A stretch of 25,489 bases of DNA from positions 892,477 to 917,965 of the forward strand of contig MU058769.1 of assembly GCA_013265495.1 (NCBI GenBank), given 5' to 3'. The stretch is from Vicugna vicugna. Lineage: Eukaryota. Numbering within the stretch: position 1 is the first letter of the stretch; every line of letters starts with the position of its first letter. Positions 9,405 to 20,102 of this stretch are shown piece after piece. The notes below the pieces were generated by a model that did not search any database, was not told the origin of the DNA, and saw nothing but the letters and a program-made list of their open reading frames with translations. The position numbers and the translations under genes are program-made.

Positions 9405-10015
9405 ATTTATTACTCATTCAAATATTTTTTGAGCCTTTCCTAATATGAGTCATGCATTCAGCCATTTGCACCAGTACTGACTGTTTTACCAGGCTCCAGG
9501 CCCTGTCCTGGGGCTACAGTGATTAAGACAGCGTTCCTGTCTTCATAGAGCTTACAGGCTAGTGGGAAAGCTAGACAGGTGAGGGGCATTTGCAGTACCG
9601 TGTGCTGAGAGCCACAGACGGGAAGCGCAGCCGCAGGAAACAGAGAAGGGGCCCTTAGCTCAGAGTAGGTTGGGAAGGAGAATGCGTTATCTAAGCTGAG
9701 GCCTGAAGTATAACCTATCCTTAATGGATTGGGGTGAGAGTGGAATAGGAAAGAATAGTCTCTGGGTAGAGGGCACAGTGCGTGCAAAGTCCCAGAAGCA
9801 CGTTCTGGGCACTGACAGCTCAGTAGGGCTGGAGTACAGCCACCCTGCTGATGGCTGACAGAACAAGAGGAGACAGAGAGAATGCATTTGGGAGAAGAAA
9901 TGGGCTGAGCTGATGAGTAATGCCCACCCGGGAGAGGATGAACGCAGGGAGACCCCTGCTCCTTTGAGGACACAGGAGGCCCCACAGGCATTCTGTAGTG
10001 GAGGATGTGACACGT
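9405..10015 (-). mobile_element. LINE-2 3' portion
   Basis: CATTCAAATATTTTTTGAGC...GTTCCTGTCTTCATAGAGCTTACAGGCTAGTGGG...TAAGCTGAGGCCTGAAG...GTGCAAAGTCCCAGA, reverse-strand L2 landmarks. Confidence 0.78.
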
Positions 10016-11066
10016 TCTTTTATAGTTGCTTTACAAAATTAATATTTATTTTTATCAAGAAAATACATACACATAGCTTAAAAATCAAATAGTTATAAAG
10101 GGCCTGTAACAAAAACAGAAGTCCCACTGGCCTTTCTCCCAACCTTTATCCTAGGCCGCGGGGGCAACTGCTTTCAACTCAGTTTGGCTGTTTCTTCTGG
10201 TATTTCCTTCCTTATTTCTAAATGGTATATGTACTGCTTTTCTGGGTTCATCCGTCCAATTTGTTGACTTCTCATCTTGGTAGATGAGGATTTTGATTCT
10301 TTTACTTGCCTCTTCCCCCTCTCCTCACCCCCATTATGTTTATATCATAATTTATGGTCAAATTCATGTTCAGTGATCTCATTATTGACTTTGAAAATAT
10401 TGTTTACTTTTGAGGCAAGTATGCTGGTTACATTTCCTCTTCTAATATAACTTTGTTGCTGTATGCTCTGTTTACATTTCCTTTCTTGTACAACTTTTTT
10501 TGTTTTTCCTGGAGTTAACTGCCTCATTTTTTATTTGCTTGGTTTTCTTTGAATCTCTGGCTCGGCGTCTTCCCACACCCGTCAACAGTTCTGTAAAACG
10601 CCTTCTCAGTACAGTTTTGCATATGACCAAACCTGTCATATAATCTTATCGGTTCTGTGTTATTTTTCCTAGGAAACATTTGTCCTGGGGCGCTCCATCC
10701 TTCCGGTTTTCTCTGGATGTGTTGCCTGTAGCATACCTGTCACCCTTGGACTTCCCATGGCCAATCATTAAGAATTCACTTTGCCCTTTTCCTCTTTCAG
10801 GGACCCAGTATCTTCCTCTTCTTCAGTTTACTTCCTTGTTGGGATGAAGCACATCCTCCAGTAGCTTCCTGAGAAAGAATGCCTGGGAGGTAAGATTTAG
10901 CGACTTTTACCTGCCTAAAATTGCTTTATCCTACCCTCACTCTTGATGACTAGTTTTGGCTGGGTATAGAATTTTAGGTTGAATATCATTTTCCTTCAGA
11001 AGTTTGAAGATATTGCCTCCTTATCTTGCAGACTCTGATTGGAATTGAGAAGTCTCATGCTATTTT

Positions 11067-11354
11067 TTTTAAACTTTTTTTATTGATTTATAATCATTTT
11101 ACAATGTTGTGTCAAATTCCAGTGTAGAGCATAATTTTTCAGTTATACATGAACATGTATAAATTCATTGTCACATTTTTTTCTCTGTGAGCTACCATAA
11201 GATCTTGTGTATATTTCCCCGTGCTATACAGTATAATCTTGTTTATCTATTCTACAATTTTGAAATCCCAGTCTATCTCTTCCCACCCCCCCGCCCCCTT
11301 GGCAACCACAAGTTTATATTCTATGTCTGTGAGTCTATTTCTGTTTTGTATTTA
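11067..11354 (-). mobile_element. Young 5'-truncated L1 (camelid/artiodactyl lineage) with perfect 14-bp TSD
   Basis: T-rich tail then TTTATTGATTTATAATCATTTTACAATGTTGTGTCAAATTCCAGTGTAGAGC. TSD TCTCATGCTATTTT at 11053-11066 and 11355-11368. Confidence 0.9.
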
Positions 11355-11497
11355 TCTCATGCTATTTTGATTCCTGAGACTTTGAATTCCCCTCCCCGCC
11401 CCTTTTAGGACTCTCTGTTATCCCTGATATATTAAAATGTCACAGTTTATCAGCACGGGTCATTTTTCATGGTCCTTGATAGGTCTTTTTAATCTAA

Positions 11498-12240
11498 CAG
11501 TGGTTTTCGAAGTGTGGTCCTCAACCAGCACCATCAGCATCACCTGAATATGTTAGAAATGCAAATTTTTATCCTCTGCCCAGGGGCAACTACCTCACAT
11601 CTACTGAATCAGAAACTCTGGTGAGAGGTCCCAGCAATCTGTGCTTTGTTGTTGTTGTTTTTATTGAGGTATAATTGACACAAAACATTATATTAGTTTC
11701 AGGTGCACAACATAGTAATTCAATATTTGTATACATTGTGAAATGATCACAGTAAGTCGAGTTCACTTCAGTCACCATATATAGTTACACTTTTTTCTTG
11801 TGATGAGAACTTTTAAGATTGACTCTCTCAGCAACTTTCAGATATGCAATATAGTATTGTTAACTATAGTCACCGTGTGTACATTGTATCCTTGTGACTT
11901 ACTTGTTTTATAAATGTAAGTTTGTACCTTTTGACCCTGGTCACCCATTTCTCTCACCCCCACTGCCGGCCTCTGGCAATAAGCCTGGTTTTATTGTTTT
12001 GTTTTTGTTTTTTAGATTCCACATATAAGTGAGATCATGGTATTTGTCTTTCTCTGTCTGACTTACTTCACTTGGCAGAAAGCCTCTGAGGTCCATTCAT
12101 GTTGTCACAAATGGCAAGATTACCTTCTGTATTTTAATGGCTGAATAATATTCCGTGTGTGTTTGTGGATGTGTATTTTAACAATCTGTGCTTTAACAAG
12201 CCCTCCACATATTCTGATGAGTGATAAAGCTTAACATCTG
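11498..12240. mobile_element. MER5A (hAT-Charlie MITE) split by an L1 insertion
   Basis: CAGTGGTTTTCGAAGTGTGGTCC...CAGCATCACCTG...GTTAGAAATGCAAAT...CTACTGAATCAGAAACTCTGG...CAGCAATCTGTGCTTT, resuming at 12195 with AACAAGCCCTCCA. Confidence 0.88.
11648..12181 (-). mobile_element. 5'-truncated L1 3' end (L1MA-late/laurasiatherian type) with perfect 13-bp TSD
   Basis: TTTATTGAGGTATAATTGACAC...TTAGATTCCACATATAAGTGAGATCAT...AATGGCTGAATAATATTCC. TSD CAATCTGTGCTTT at 11635-11647 and 12182-12194. Confidence 0.9.
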
Positions 12241-13004
12241 TTAAAATCTGTTACAACATCTTATGTCCTTTAATTCTGGGAATTTCTTTATTATTTCTTT
12301 CAAATTTTTATCACTCTTATTATTAGAATGCTGGATAAAAGGATACAATACAAGAGAACTGATCCTCTAATTTTATTATTATTTCTCTTTTATTAACCAT
12401 CTCTTTCTTCTATATTCTGATATCCCCAATGTTATATCCCAAACCATTTATTAAGTATGTAATACGACCCTTTTTCTTTTTCTTTCTTTCTTAAAAAATT
12501 TCAGAAGTGCTTTCGTGTTCCTTGTTCTTTCTGTTCTGAACGATTTCATGTTCTCCATCTCTGGATACGTGCAGTGTCATCTCTTCGAGGACATTCATTT
12601 GAAATGTTCTTCTCCCTTTGTTGTCTCTGTTTCCTCTGATTTTGTGTTTTCTGTTGTTTTGATTTGTATCAGTTAGGAGAATTTCCTTAGTTGTCTGGTC
12701 TTCCTTGGCTGTCTGTTCACGCTTGAGAAGGAGGCACTGGAGAGCCAGTTGGAAGCACTCACTGTGGACTCAAGTTAGGGCAACTGGGTACCTGGCTGGA
12801 CTCTTTCCTTGGGGAGCCCTAATTGTCAGTATCATTGGCACAGTTCTGTTTTTCCAGAATAGGATCCTTTAGTCTAGCCTCCTGCTTGAAGGTTATAAGC
12901 CCACCTGCCCAGGGTCCTCCAAGTGGGTGGAGTGTGGGGGGTGGGAAGAGGTATGTGGCAAGTAGGACGAGTTACACAATCAGAATGCCAACTTTCACTC
13001 AGCT

Positions 13005-13140
13005 GCTTTTTAAAAAAAATTTTTTTAGGGGGGAAGTAATTAGATTTGTTTATTTATTTTAATAGAGGTACTGGGGATTGAACCCAGGACTTCATGCATG
13101 CTAAGCAACCACTCTACCACTAGAACTATACCCTCCCCCC
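13005..13140 (-). mobile_element. tRNA-derived camelid SINE (Vic-1-like)
   Basis: Minus strand GGGGGGAGGGTATAGTTCTAGTGGTAGAGTGGTTGCTTAGCATGCATGAAGTCCTGGGTTCAATCCCCAGTACCTC, with Pol III A/B boxes and an AT-rich tail. TSD TCACTCAGCT (12995-13004) / TCACTGAGCT (13141-13150). Confidence 0.9.
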
Positions 13141-14730
13141 TCACTGAGCTTTTGATCCCACTTCTTCTCCATTCCCCCCTCCCCCCACCCCCAAAGACCA
13201 GTATCTCTCTGTTTCAAAGCTGTATCTCCAGAAGCGATCTTCCTGTCTCCTGCATGTGTGGGGAAGGGGACACAATAAGTCACTTGATTGCACTGGGGAC
13301 CTCTGAGTTTCCTGACTATCAAATTGCTCTTTCAGTAGATCTTCAAATAAGCCCCCAGTTTTTAGACCTCCGCCTTCTAGTTTCCTTGCTGCTTCTAATT
13401 CCTAGCTTTGCTGGGGTTCTGAGGGAGGGGTCAGCTTGCTTCTCCTGGGCACATGCCTCTGGATGTTCTGGGCCTGTCTTTCCTAGCCACTTGCCACTCT
13501 CCCATCCACTTTCTGTTTTCATATGACGTGGTTCAGGATTCTTAATGTCTCCAAGTTTAGTTGAAGATGGAATTTGGGCTTCTGTTTCTGATTCTCCTTG
13601 TCATTTTGGAGGTGATTTTTTGAGAGAAAAAGGGGACAGAAAGGGCTGTACTCCACTATCTCGTGACCAGAAGTCTGAGATGTCCTCCTGAGGTGGACAG
13701 AAGTGCCGTCTGTGCCTGAAACTCCTGCTCCTGCTGACAAAGAGGGAGGAGGTCACCTGTAGGAGGAAGGTGAGCAGGGGAGGAGAGGAGCTTCAGGAGC
13801 TTAGAAGAGCTGCTGCGGGGACGTGATTGGCGCCTCCCAGAGATAACAAGGATTTCTGGGCCCCAGTGAGGCCTAGCTGAGGTGAGACAGTGAGAATCCA
13901 TGGTGAGGACACAGGGAACCGGGTGGGAGGTACGGAGAGGCAGAGAGTAACCCCCAGCTCGGAGAGAGCGAGACAGGTGGGGGACATTCTAGAATGGGGC
14001 AGGGCTAAAGTGGCTGGCTTTGGAGCAGCACATTTGCCACAAGACAGAAGAGAATGAGGCAATATTGATAACCACTAACGGGATGTCCATTACGTGCCAG
14101 GGACTGGACCAAGTTCTTCAAAGCAGGCTCGGTGGGAGTGGGCAGCTGAGAAAAGGTGAGGAAGGAAAGGAGTTTAAGGTCAGAGACAGAAGGTGTGAGT
14201 CGCAGGTCTGAGGATGGGGCAGGTCTGAGAGACGGTGGAGCCTTGGGTCAGAGATGGGAGAGCCACTCAAGTGCAGAACCACAAAGCAGCATGTCCCTGA
14301 GGTGGGTGAGCCATGGGGGAAATGGCTATGTGATTGCTCAAGTCTACTGCAGGAAAGGCAGTGGGTAGGAAAGGCCAGTCATCTACATGGATGGCCTCTT
14401 GGACACCAAGGAAGGATAGAGATTTTAAAAGAGAGGCTGGCCACTTCAGTCCACTTCAGTATTTACTGAACGTCCATATGACCTCCTTCCCCAGGTTACA
14501 TAGCCGCCGGGGGTGTAATCACAGTACAGTCACTTGAAATACACGGCCTCTGGCTCTAAGCCCTAATAACCCAGCTCTCAAAACCTCACGAACTGTTTCC
14601 GGGGTCTCGGGGCTGTTTCACGTCTGCTCCTTGTGTGGCCCTTCTGTTCCATCTCACGGCTGTGTGCTGACCTCACTCCTCCTGGCCATGAATGCCGCTC
14701 CTGTCACTCCTCACTGTGCAGCCCCAGAGC

Positions 14731-14835
14731 TGCATCAGCCAGAATTCTGTGGTTACAGGCCACAGAAACCAACTCTGGCCAACTTAAACAGAAAAACAAT
14801 TTATTGAAAGCTTATTGGGCAGCTCATAGATTCTG
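14731..14835 (-). mobile_element. MaLR (MLT1-type) LTR fragment
   Basis: GGTTACAGGCCACAGAAACCAACTCTGGCCAACTTAAACAGAAAAACAATTTATTGAAAG resembles an MLT1J/K-like LTR end. Confidence 0.6.
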
Positions 14836-14899
14836 CAGCCACTCCCTACCTTTTTCCTGTGCTGGTGAGCCTTGATTTTGTTCCAGAATTTACCTGCCC

Positions 14900-15215
14900 T
14901 GAACTCAGGGAAGGGAACCCCCCTCAGCTGCAGGAGGTGAAAGTTGGTAAGTCTAAGCAGCCAATCAGGGTGCTTCTGCCTCCTTGCCAGTGATTGGTTT
15001 AGACCTAGGCACGTGGTGCAACCCTGGCCAATGAGACGCAAGGGGAAGCCCACCAGGCCAGTGGGCCGCCACAGAATGAGGAGCTACCTGGAGGCCTGCC
15101 TTGTTCGAAGGTGGAATTAACTTTTTCTGCCTCTGAACAATGATATGCTTGTTTACTGTTTGAGCCGCTTTTCGTTGGTCTTCTGTTGCTTTCAACCAAA
15201 AGAGCCTAACGCATA
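14900..15215 (+). mobile_element. ERVL LTR (LTR16-like)
   Basis: CCAGTGATTGGTTTAG...GGCACGTGGTGCAACCCTGGCCAATGAGACGCAAGGGGAAG...TGAGCCGCTTTTCGTTGGTCTTCTGTTGC resembles the LTR16 family. Confidence 0.7.
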
Positions 15216-15409
15216 AGACACTGCCAGATATCTTTCCTTGATAGCTGGTGGGGTAAAGGAGGGGAAAATAAGCTGACAGCTGAAGAGTGGGATTAGTAAG
15301 TTTTCAAAATAAAGGAGGCTGATGCATAATTTGGAGATACAAGAATTACCTTATAGGTAAGAACTGACTAAAAATGCTAGAGGGAAGGGGAATAACTCTG
15401 GAAGGAGGC

Positions 15410-15600
15410 CACCAGCCATTAAGCAGAGACTGACTATATACCAGGCACTGTTAAAGGGGCTAGGATATGGTGATGAGCAGGAGCCAAGACCCCCTGCTCT
15501 TAGGGAACTTTCAGTCTGGGTGGAGTGGAGACACAGTGAACAAAAGTCACAGGGTAAAGTAATGGAAGGTAGTCTTAGGGGTGCCGTTAATTGTGATAGA
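15410..15600 (-). mobile_element. LINE-2 3' fragment
   Basis: ACTATATACCAGGCACTGTT...CCCTGCTCTTAGGGAACTTTCAGTCTGGGTGG. Confidence 0.65.
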
Positions 15601-16063
15601 TGGTGGTCAAGAAAGCCCGCTCTGAAGAGGAGACCCAAAGGGTGGGAGTGAGCCAGCCACCCAAAGAACCATATGGAGATTCCAGGAAGTGCCTCAGGGC
15701 AGCAGCAGTTGGCTCTGTCCTGGCTGGGAGTCCAGTGCCTGTGCCAGGAAGGGAAAGACGTGGCAGCAAAGCTTGCCTTGGGGGCTCACGCAGGCCAGGA
15801 GTGACAGAGTAGCTGAAGACATGTATTTTCCCAGGTCTGCCATGGACATTAGCTCCTTTGTGAGGACAGGTTGGGAACTGCGATGTCACTGACTTTCTAG
15901 AAGGTGGGAAAGTTTGAATGGAGTATTTGGAGGGAGAGCCTGTGGGTTGAAGGAAAGACACTTGGGGCAAGCAGATGACCCTCTGGTCCCTGAGTGCCCA
16001 GCTACCTCCTGTCTCCCTTTGTCCAACCAGTCTGGAGTTCTAGCCCATTCCTCTGTTCTAACA

Positions 16064-16400
16064 TGTCTTGGTTCAGACTGCTACAACATGATACCATAGA
16101 CCAGGTGGCTTATAAACAACAGAAATTTGTCATGTTCCTGTTTCCAGATCAAGGTGCAGGAAGAGTCCGTGTCTGCTGAGGGCCTGCTTCCCAGTTCATA
16201 GATGGCTGCTTTCTAGCAGGGTGCCCATGCGGCAGAAGAGGCAGGAGAGCTCTACGCAGTGTGTTTTAAGAGAGCACTGATTCCATTCATGAGGGCTCAT
16301 GACCTAATCGCCCAGAAGTCCCACTTCCTAACACCATCACACTGGGGTAGGAGCTCAACAAATGAATTTGGGGTGGGACACACACGTTCAGTGTGTAACA
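16064..16400 (-). mobile_element. MaLR solo LTR (MLT1A-like)
   Basis: TGTCTTGG...ATACCATAGACCAGGTGGCTTATAAACAACAGAAATTT...CCAGATCAAGGTGC...CATTCATGAGGGCTC...TGAATTTGGGG...TGTAACA, with TG...CA ends. Confidence 0.85.
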
Positions 16401-16464
16401 AACAGCTCAACCAAATCAAGAAGCATTTCCAGAGTGCTTACTTTTTGTGTAGCCTCTCCTGGGA

Positions 16465-16486
16465 GTGTGTGTGTGTGTGTGTGTGT
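16465..16486 (+). repeat. (GT)11 microsatellite
   Basis: Perfect GT dinucleotide run read directly. Confidence 0.95.
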
Positions 16487-17039
16487 AAAGACACAGCCTG
16501 GTCTCAAGGAGCTTGCTGGTAAAGGATTAAGAACTCTCCATCTTAAACAATTAGAAAACAGTTTATCAGCAGAAAAAAGGACACGCAATAGGATTATTTA
16601 CCTTGGTGGCCGTCACAAGTTCCTCATTGTCTACTGCACTGACCACAACTTCCCAACCTAGCACCAACAGACCCCTCTCCTCACCCACTGCTCCCTTCTT
16701 CCCCCAGGGTTAAGGGTGGCCCCTTTCTTACTGAGCCCCCCAGATTCCTTCTGAGTGATTGATCAAGTTGGAGCCTGACGCATGATTCCTGCTTATCCTG
16801 TGCTGCCTTCCTCCAGTCTCCTGGGGATGTGAAGGAGGACAAGGGAGGGACCAGTTAGCTGGATTGAGATCCGTTTGCCCAGAGGTGCCGGTGCCACAGT
16901 GGGGCTCTTCAAGGATCCTGTACCCAAGGAAGAGGTCCTAGTTTGGAGGATCCTGTAGCTGAATAAATGAGAAAAATATTAAATGCTTACCTTTTCGGTC
17001 TGTTGAAGATGCAGACCACGAGGGGTGGGGGGAGTGTGG

Positions 17040-17182
17040 GACTTTATTCCATTTTACAGTGGAAGAAACTAAGGCACAGAGAGGTAGTCGCTGTCCTAGT
17101 CAAATGACTAGTAAGTGGTGCAGCCAGGACTTGAACCCAAGCAGCCTGACTGCGAGCATCCCCTTTTTGACACCACTGTACA
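17040..17182 (-). mobile_element. MIR SINE
   Basis: CCATTTTACAGTGGAAGAAACTAAGGCACAGAGAGG...CTAGTAAGTGGTGCAGCCAGGACTTGAACCCAAGCAGCCTGACT. Confidence 0.88.
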
Positions 17183-17964
17183 CGCTGCCAAATTGGCTCA
17201 TTCTAGGAATTTCCCTTCTCCTTGCCACAACGCTCCGAACCGAGCTAGAGGCCATTCTGAGCAAGGACCAGTTCCCTTCCTCCCTGTGTGAAGAGAGGGA
17301 GTTGGATCCAGGAGAAAAGGAATTCCAGACGACACACTGCCATTTTGGCTATTTTTCTTAATGTTCCCCAGGCAGCGAGCGCTACCTTTTGATTTGCGAG
17401 GTGTCTCTGTTCTTCTAATTAACACCAGTGTCAGCCTTTAGCCAGAGCCCTGCCTATAGCTGGAATCCGTAACCCTGAGGCTCAGGGGCCAGTCCTCCGT
17501 GAGAGCGGGAGAGGACAAAGGGAACACCAACTCCGGGTGGAGCTTCCTGTGATGATGCTCCCTTCGCCTCATCTATAAAAAGCTCCAATATGATCTACCC
17601 CATTTCTGGTGGAGGCCAGCGTGGCAGAATGTGCGGGAAGAGGAAGAATCAGGCTGAAAGAGCTCCTCTTTGCCTCCCTGGATTCTCTTCCAAAATGCTG
17701 TCAGCACTGCCAGTTGGAAAATATTTTTCTCCCTCCCTTTGTCTTCTTTCTTATTTAAAAAAAAAAAAGCCATCTGGTGTCAGATTCACTCCTGGCACAT
17801 CATAAAGGGTAGCACTAAAAATGTCCCTGAAAAACTAAAAGCAAAACCACAGCAGTACACATGGGATTTAATCTCAGCATCCTAGAATTTCCGAGTTGCT
17901 AGGGGCCTCAGAGATCAAACCGTCCGTTGCACCGAGGAGGAAACTGAGGTCAAGAGGCGTTAGA

Positions 17965-18062
17965 TCACGCTTTCAAAACTGTTTATTGAGTGCCTACTAC
18001 GTTCAAGGCACTCTGCAGGCGTGGGACAGAAAAGACACCCCCCTGCCTTCCTGGGGTTCTCG
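17965..18062 (-). mobile_element. LINE-2 3' terminal fragment abutting CpG island 3
   Basis: GTTTATTGAGTGCCTACTACGTTCAAGGCACTCTGC matches the reverse L2 terminus. Confidence 0.7.
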
Positions 18063-18770
18063 GTGGGCGGTTCTTGCCTCTGCCCTTGGCCCTGCCTCTT
18101 CCCAGAGGCCCAGAGGCCCAGAGGCGGGGGCCTGCGCGTGGCCGTCGCCTCCGGGCCGTGGGCCGGCCGGGCCCTCGGGCCGCCGCGCTCCCTGCGCCGC
18201 ACCCGCGCGTTACGACGGGGCCGAGCGCGCCGCGCGCCGCCCCAGCGCGGCCCCGGCCGGCGGCCGCTGTGGTCTCCCGCCGCTTCCGCCCGCCGCCGCG
18301 GTGGCTCCGCATTCCTCAGGGCTGAGCAACAACTTTCCCTCCGAAGGCGGCTGGGCCCGCGCCAGCCGGGGCCGCCTGTGCCGGGCCCCTCGCGGGGCGC
18401 GGCCCGCGTCGCCAGCGCGGGCCTCCTAAGGGGTGCGGTCGGGCTCCGGTACCTGGCGCGGCCCCCTCCCCCGCCTCGGCGCGGGTCCCCGTCCGGGGCG
18501 CGGCGCCACCGCCGTCGACCCCTCCCCTGGGAGCGAGGCTGGCGCGGGCGGAGACCGCTCCGAGCTTCCTGCCCGCGGCGGCGGGGCTCCCGGAGGACCA
18601 AGTCGCTGCGTGGGCCTGCCCCTGGCCTTGGTCATCGAGCTGGTCCAGGCTGCCTGCCCAGCCTGGACCCCTGCACGGGGTGAGCGCACAACGTTTGCCT
18701 CGGTTTTTCCCTTCAGTTCTTTGACAACGGAAAGAGGAGGGTTTGTAGCAACTACAGAAGAGCGGTCCTA
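18060..18770. promoter_or_regulatory. Orphan CpG island 3
   Basis: Extremely GC- and CpG-rich ~700 bp block flanked by L2/MIR fragments; no recognisable coding product. Confidence 0.75.
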
Positions 18771-19141
18771 AACCACTTCCTCGTCTGAATCTAAATATTT
18801 ACAACCGTCCTATTAATACAAGCACTTTTATCCTTTGAACACACTCTCATGCCCACTGAACTTCAGAATGTCTCTGGGCCAAAGTTGGTTTCTTACTACT
18901 TTGCTCATCTTACAAGTGAGAAAGCCCGGGCACGAGGGCTTCCATGACCGCTCGGAAGCCTGGAGGCAGTGTCTAACCAGGCGCAGCCTGGAGCCACCTC
19001 AGGCCTCCTGACTTGCAGATCAAGCACAGCCCCTTCCTGGATCCTGACGTGACCCGGGGAGGAAATGACCCAGCTTTCCAGGCCTGGGAGCTGAGTGTGT
19101 AGGATGGAGTGGTGCTAGGCAGACAGATTAAGCTCTAGACT

Positions 19142-19242
19142 CACTAAAATGTAAGCTCCAGGGTGGCAGGGATTGGCTCTGAAAACAACACTTGGCACAT
19201 AGTAGATACTCAGTAAATATTTGTTGCGTGGATAAATGAATA
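19142..19242 (+). mobile_element. LINE-2 3' terminus
   Basis: CTAAAATGTAAGCTCCAGGGTGGCAGGGA...CTTGGCACATAGTAGATACTCAGTAAATATTTGTTG. Confidence 0.8.
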
Positions 19243-19311
19243 CAGCAAAGGGCTTCAGATTTCTAACTAAGAATTAAACATGTGTCCTTCTTTTTGCTCC
19301 TTTACCTTCCG

Positions 19312-19575
19312 TTTAAACTTTTGCTTTCTCTCTGAATTTAGACTTACAGAAAAGTTGCAAGATAGTATGGCGTGTTCCCAAATACTCTTCACTTCTCTTC
19401 ACCTAAAGTTAACATCTTCCCTAACCATGGTACGTTTGCCAAAATGAAGAAATGAACATTGCTGCAATACGATTAACCGAATGATTGACTTCTTTTGGAT
19501 TCATGTTTTCCACTCGTGTCCTCTTACTGTTCTAAGACCCAGTCAGGGATCTCACGTTGCATTCAGGGTGTGAAG
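19312..19575 (-). mobile_element. Old L1 (L1MB-like) 3' end
   Basis: TTTAGACTTACAGAAAAGTTGCAAGATAGTA...GTTAACATCTT...CACGTTGCATTCAG. Confidence 0.75.
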
Positions 19576-20102
19576 CCTTTAAGTATGCAATGTAGACCTC
19601 ACTGTATAGGGTCTCACTCCTTGGCAGAGAGGCAGCAGGCAGTGTCCCTGGCACTGGACTGAGCTCCTTGTCCTGGGGGCCAAGGAAACACCTTGAGCCC
19701 TGGATTGCCTGAGAGGGCTTTTAAGGTATTCCTTCCAGGTCTGTCTGCTGGCTCTGGTAGCATCTGTTTTAAATTCTGGCCCTACTGGGTCTCCCCTCCT
19801 TGTCCCTGTCCCTCCACTGTGCACATACCTGCCAGGGAATATGGCTATGCCCCCCCTGGTCTGCTTTTCCTTTGGGACCTGACTTCTCTGTGCCCCTCAT
19901 CACTTGGCTGCCATTCCTTGGTCTTCATGAGGGGCAACCTCCCATTTGCCCCTCCGCAGCCTCACTGTTCCTCTTTCTCCATCCTGGAATCGTCTTCCAG
20001 CCTGAAACCCTCAGGGGAGACCTTTCTCTTGAGCTATGTTACTTTGGTCACAGCTCACCATTGAGTGAACCTTGGAATTGGAGATGAGCGAAGTGAGGGA
20101 CA

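Larger units (their letters stand above)
10019..13675 (-). mobile_element. Near full-length old HAL1 (half-L1)/L1M-type element carrying four younger insertions
   Basis: AGCACATCCTCCAGTAGCTTCCTGAGAAAG...GGCTGGGTATAGAATTTTAGGTTG...GAGAAGTCTCATGC resembles HAL1. T-rich 3' end near 10020 and an L1-like 5' start (minus strand GACTTCTGGTCACGAGATAGTGG) at 13675. About 2.5 kb after removing the inserts. Confidence 0.65.

Noticed and set aside
9458..10013. 177-aa and 108-aa minus-strand ORFs
   Set aside because: They lie within a decayed L2 element, with no intact RT/endonuclease motifs.
11187..11778. Short ORFs resembling database 'hypothetical proteins' (e.g. YTNIELLCCAPETNIM)
   Set aside because: Translations of L1 3' UTR and MER5A sequence.
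13065..13140. tRNA-like sequence with A and B boxes
   Set aside because: It has a SINE tail, TSDs and a second diverged copy in the window, so it is a SINE head and not a tRNA gene.
14441..14460. Perfect 10-bp tandem duplication CCACTTCAGT x2
   Set aside because: Ordinary slippage-type microduplication with no sign of function.
17896..18771. ORFs of 177-220 aa on both strands over CpG island 3
   Set aside because: Low-complexity GC artefacts that begin or end in MIR/L2 sequence, mostly lack ATG starts, and show no recognisable domain.
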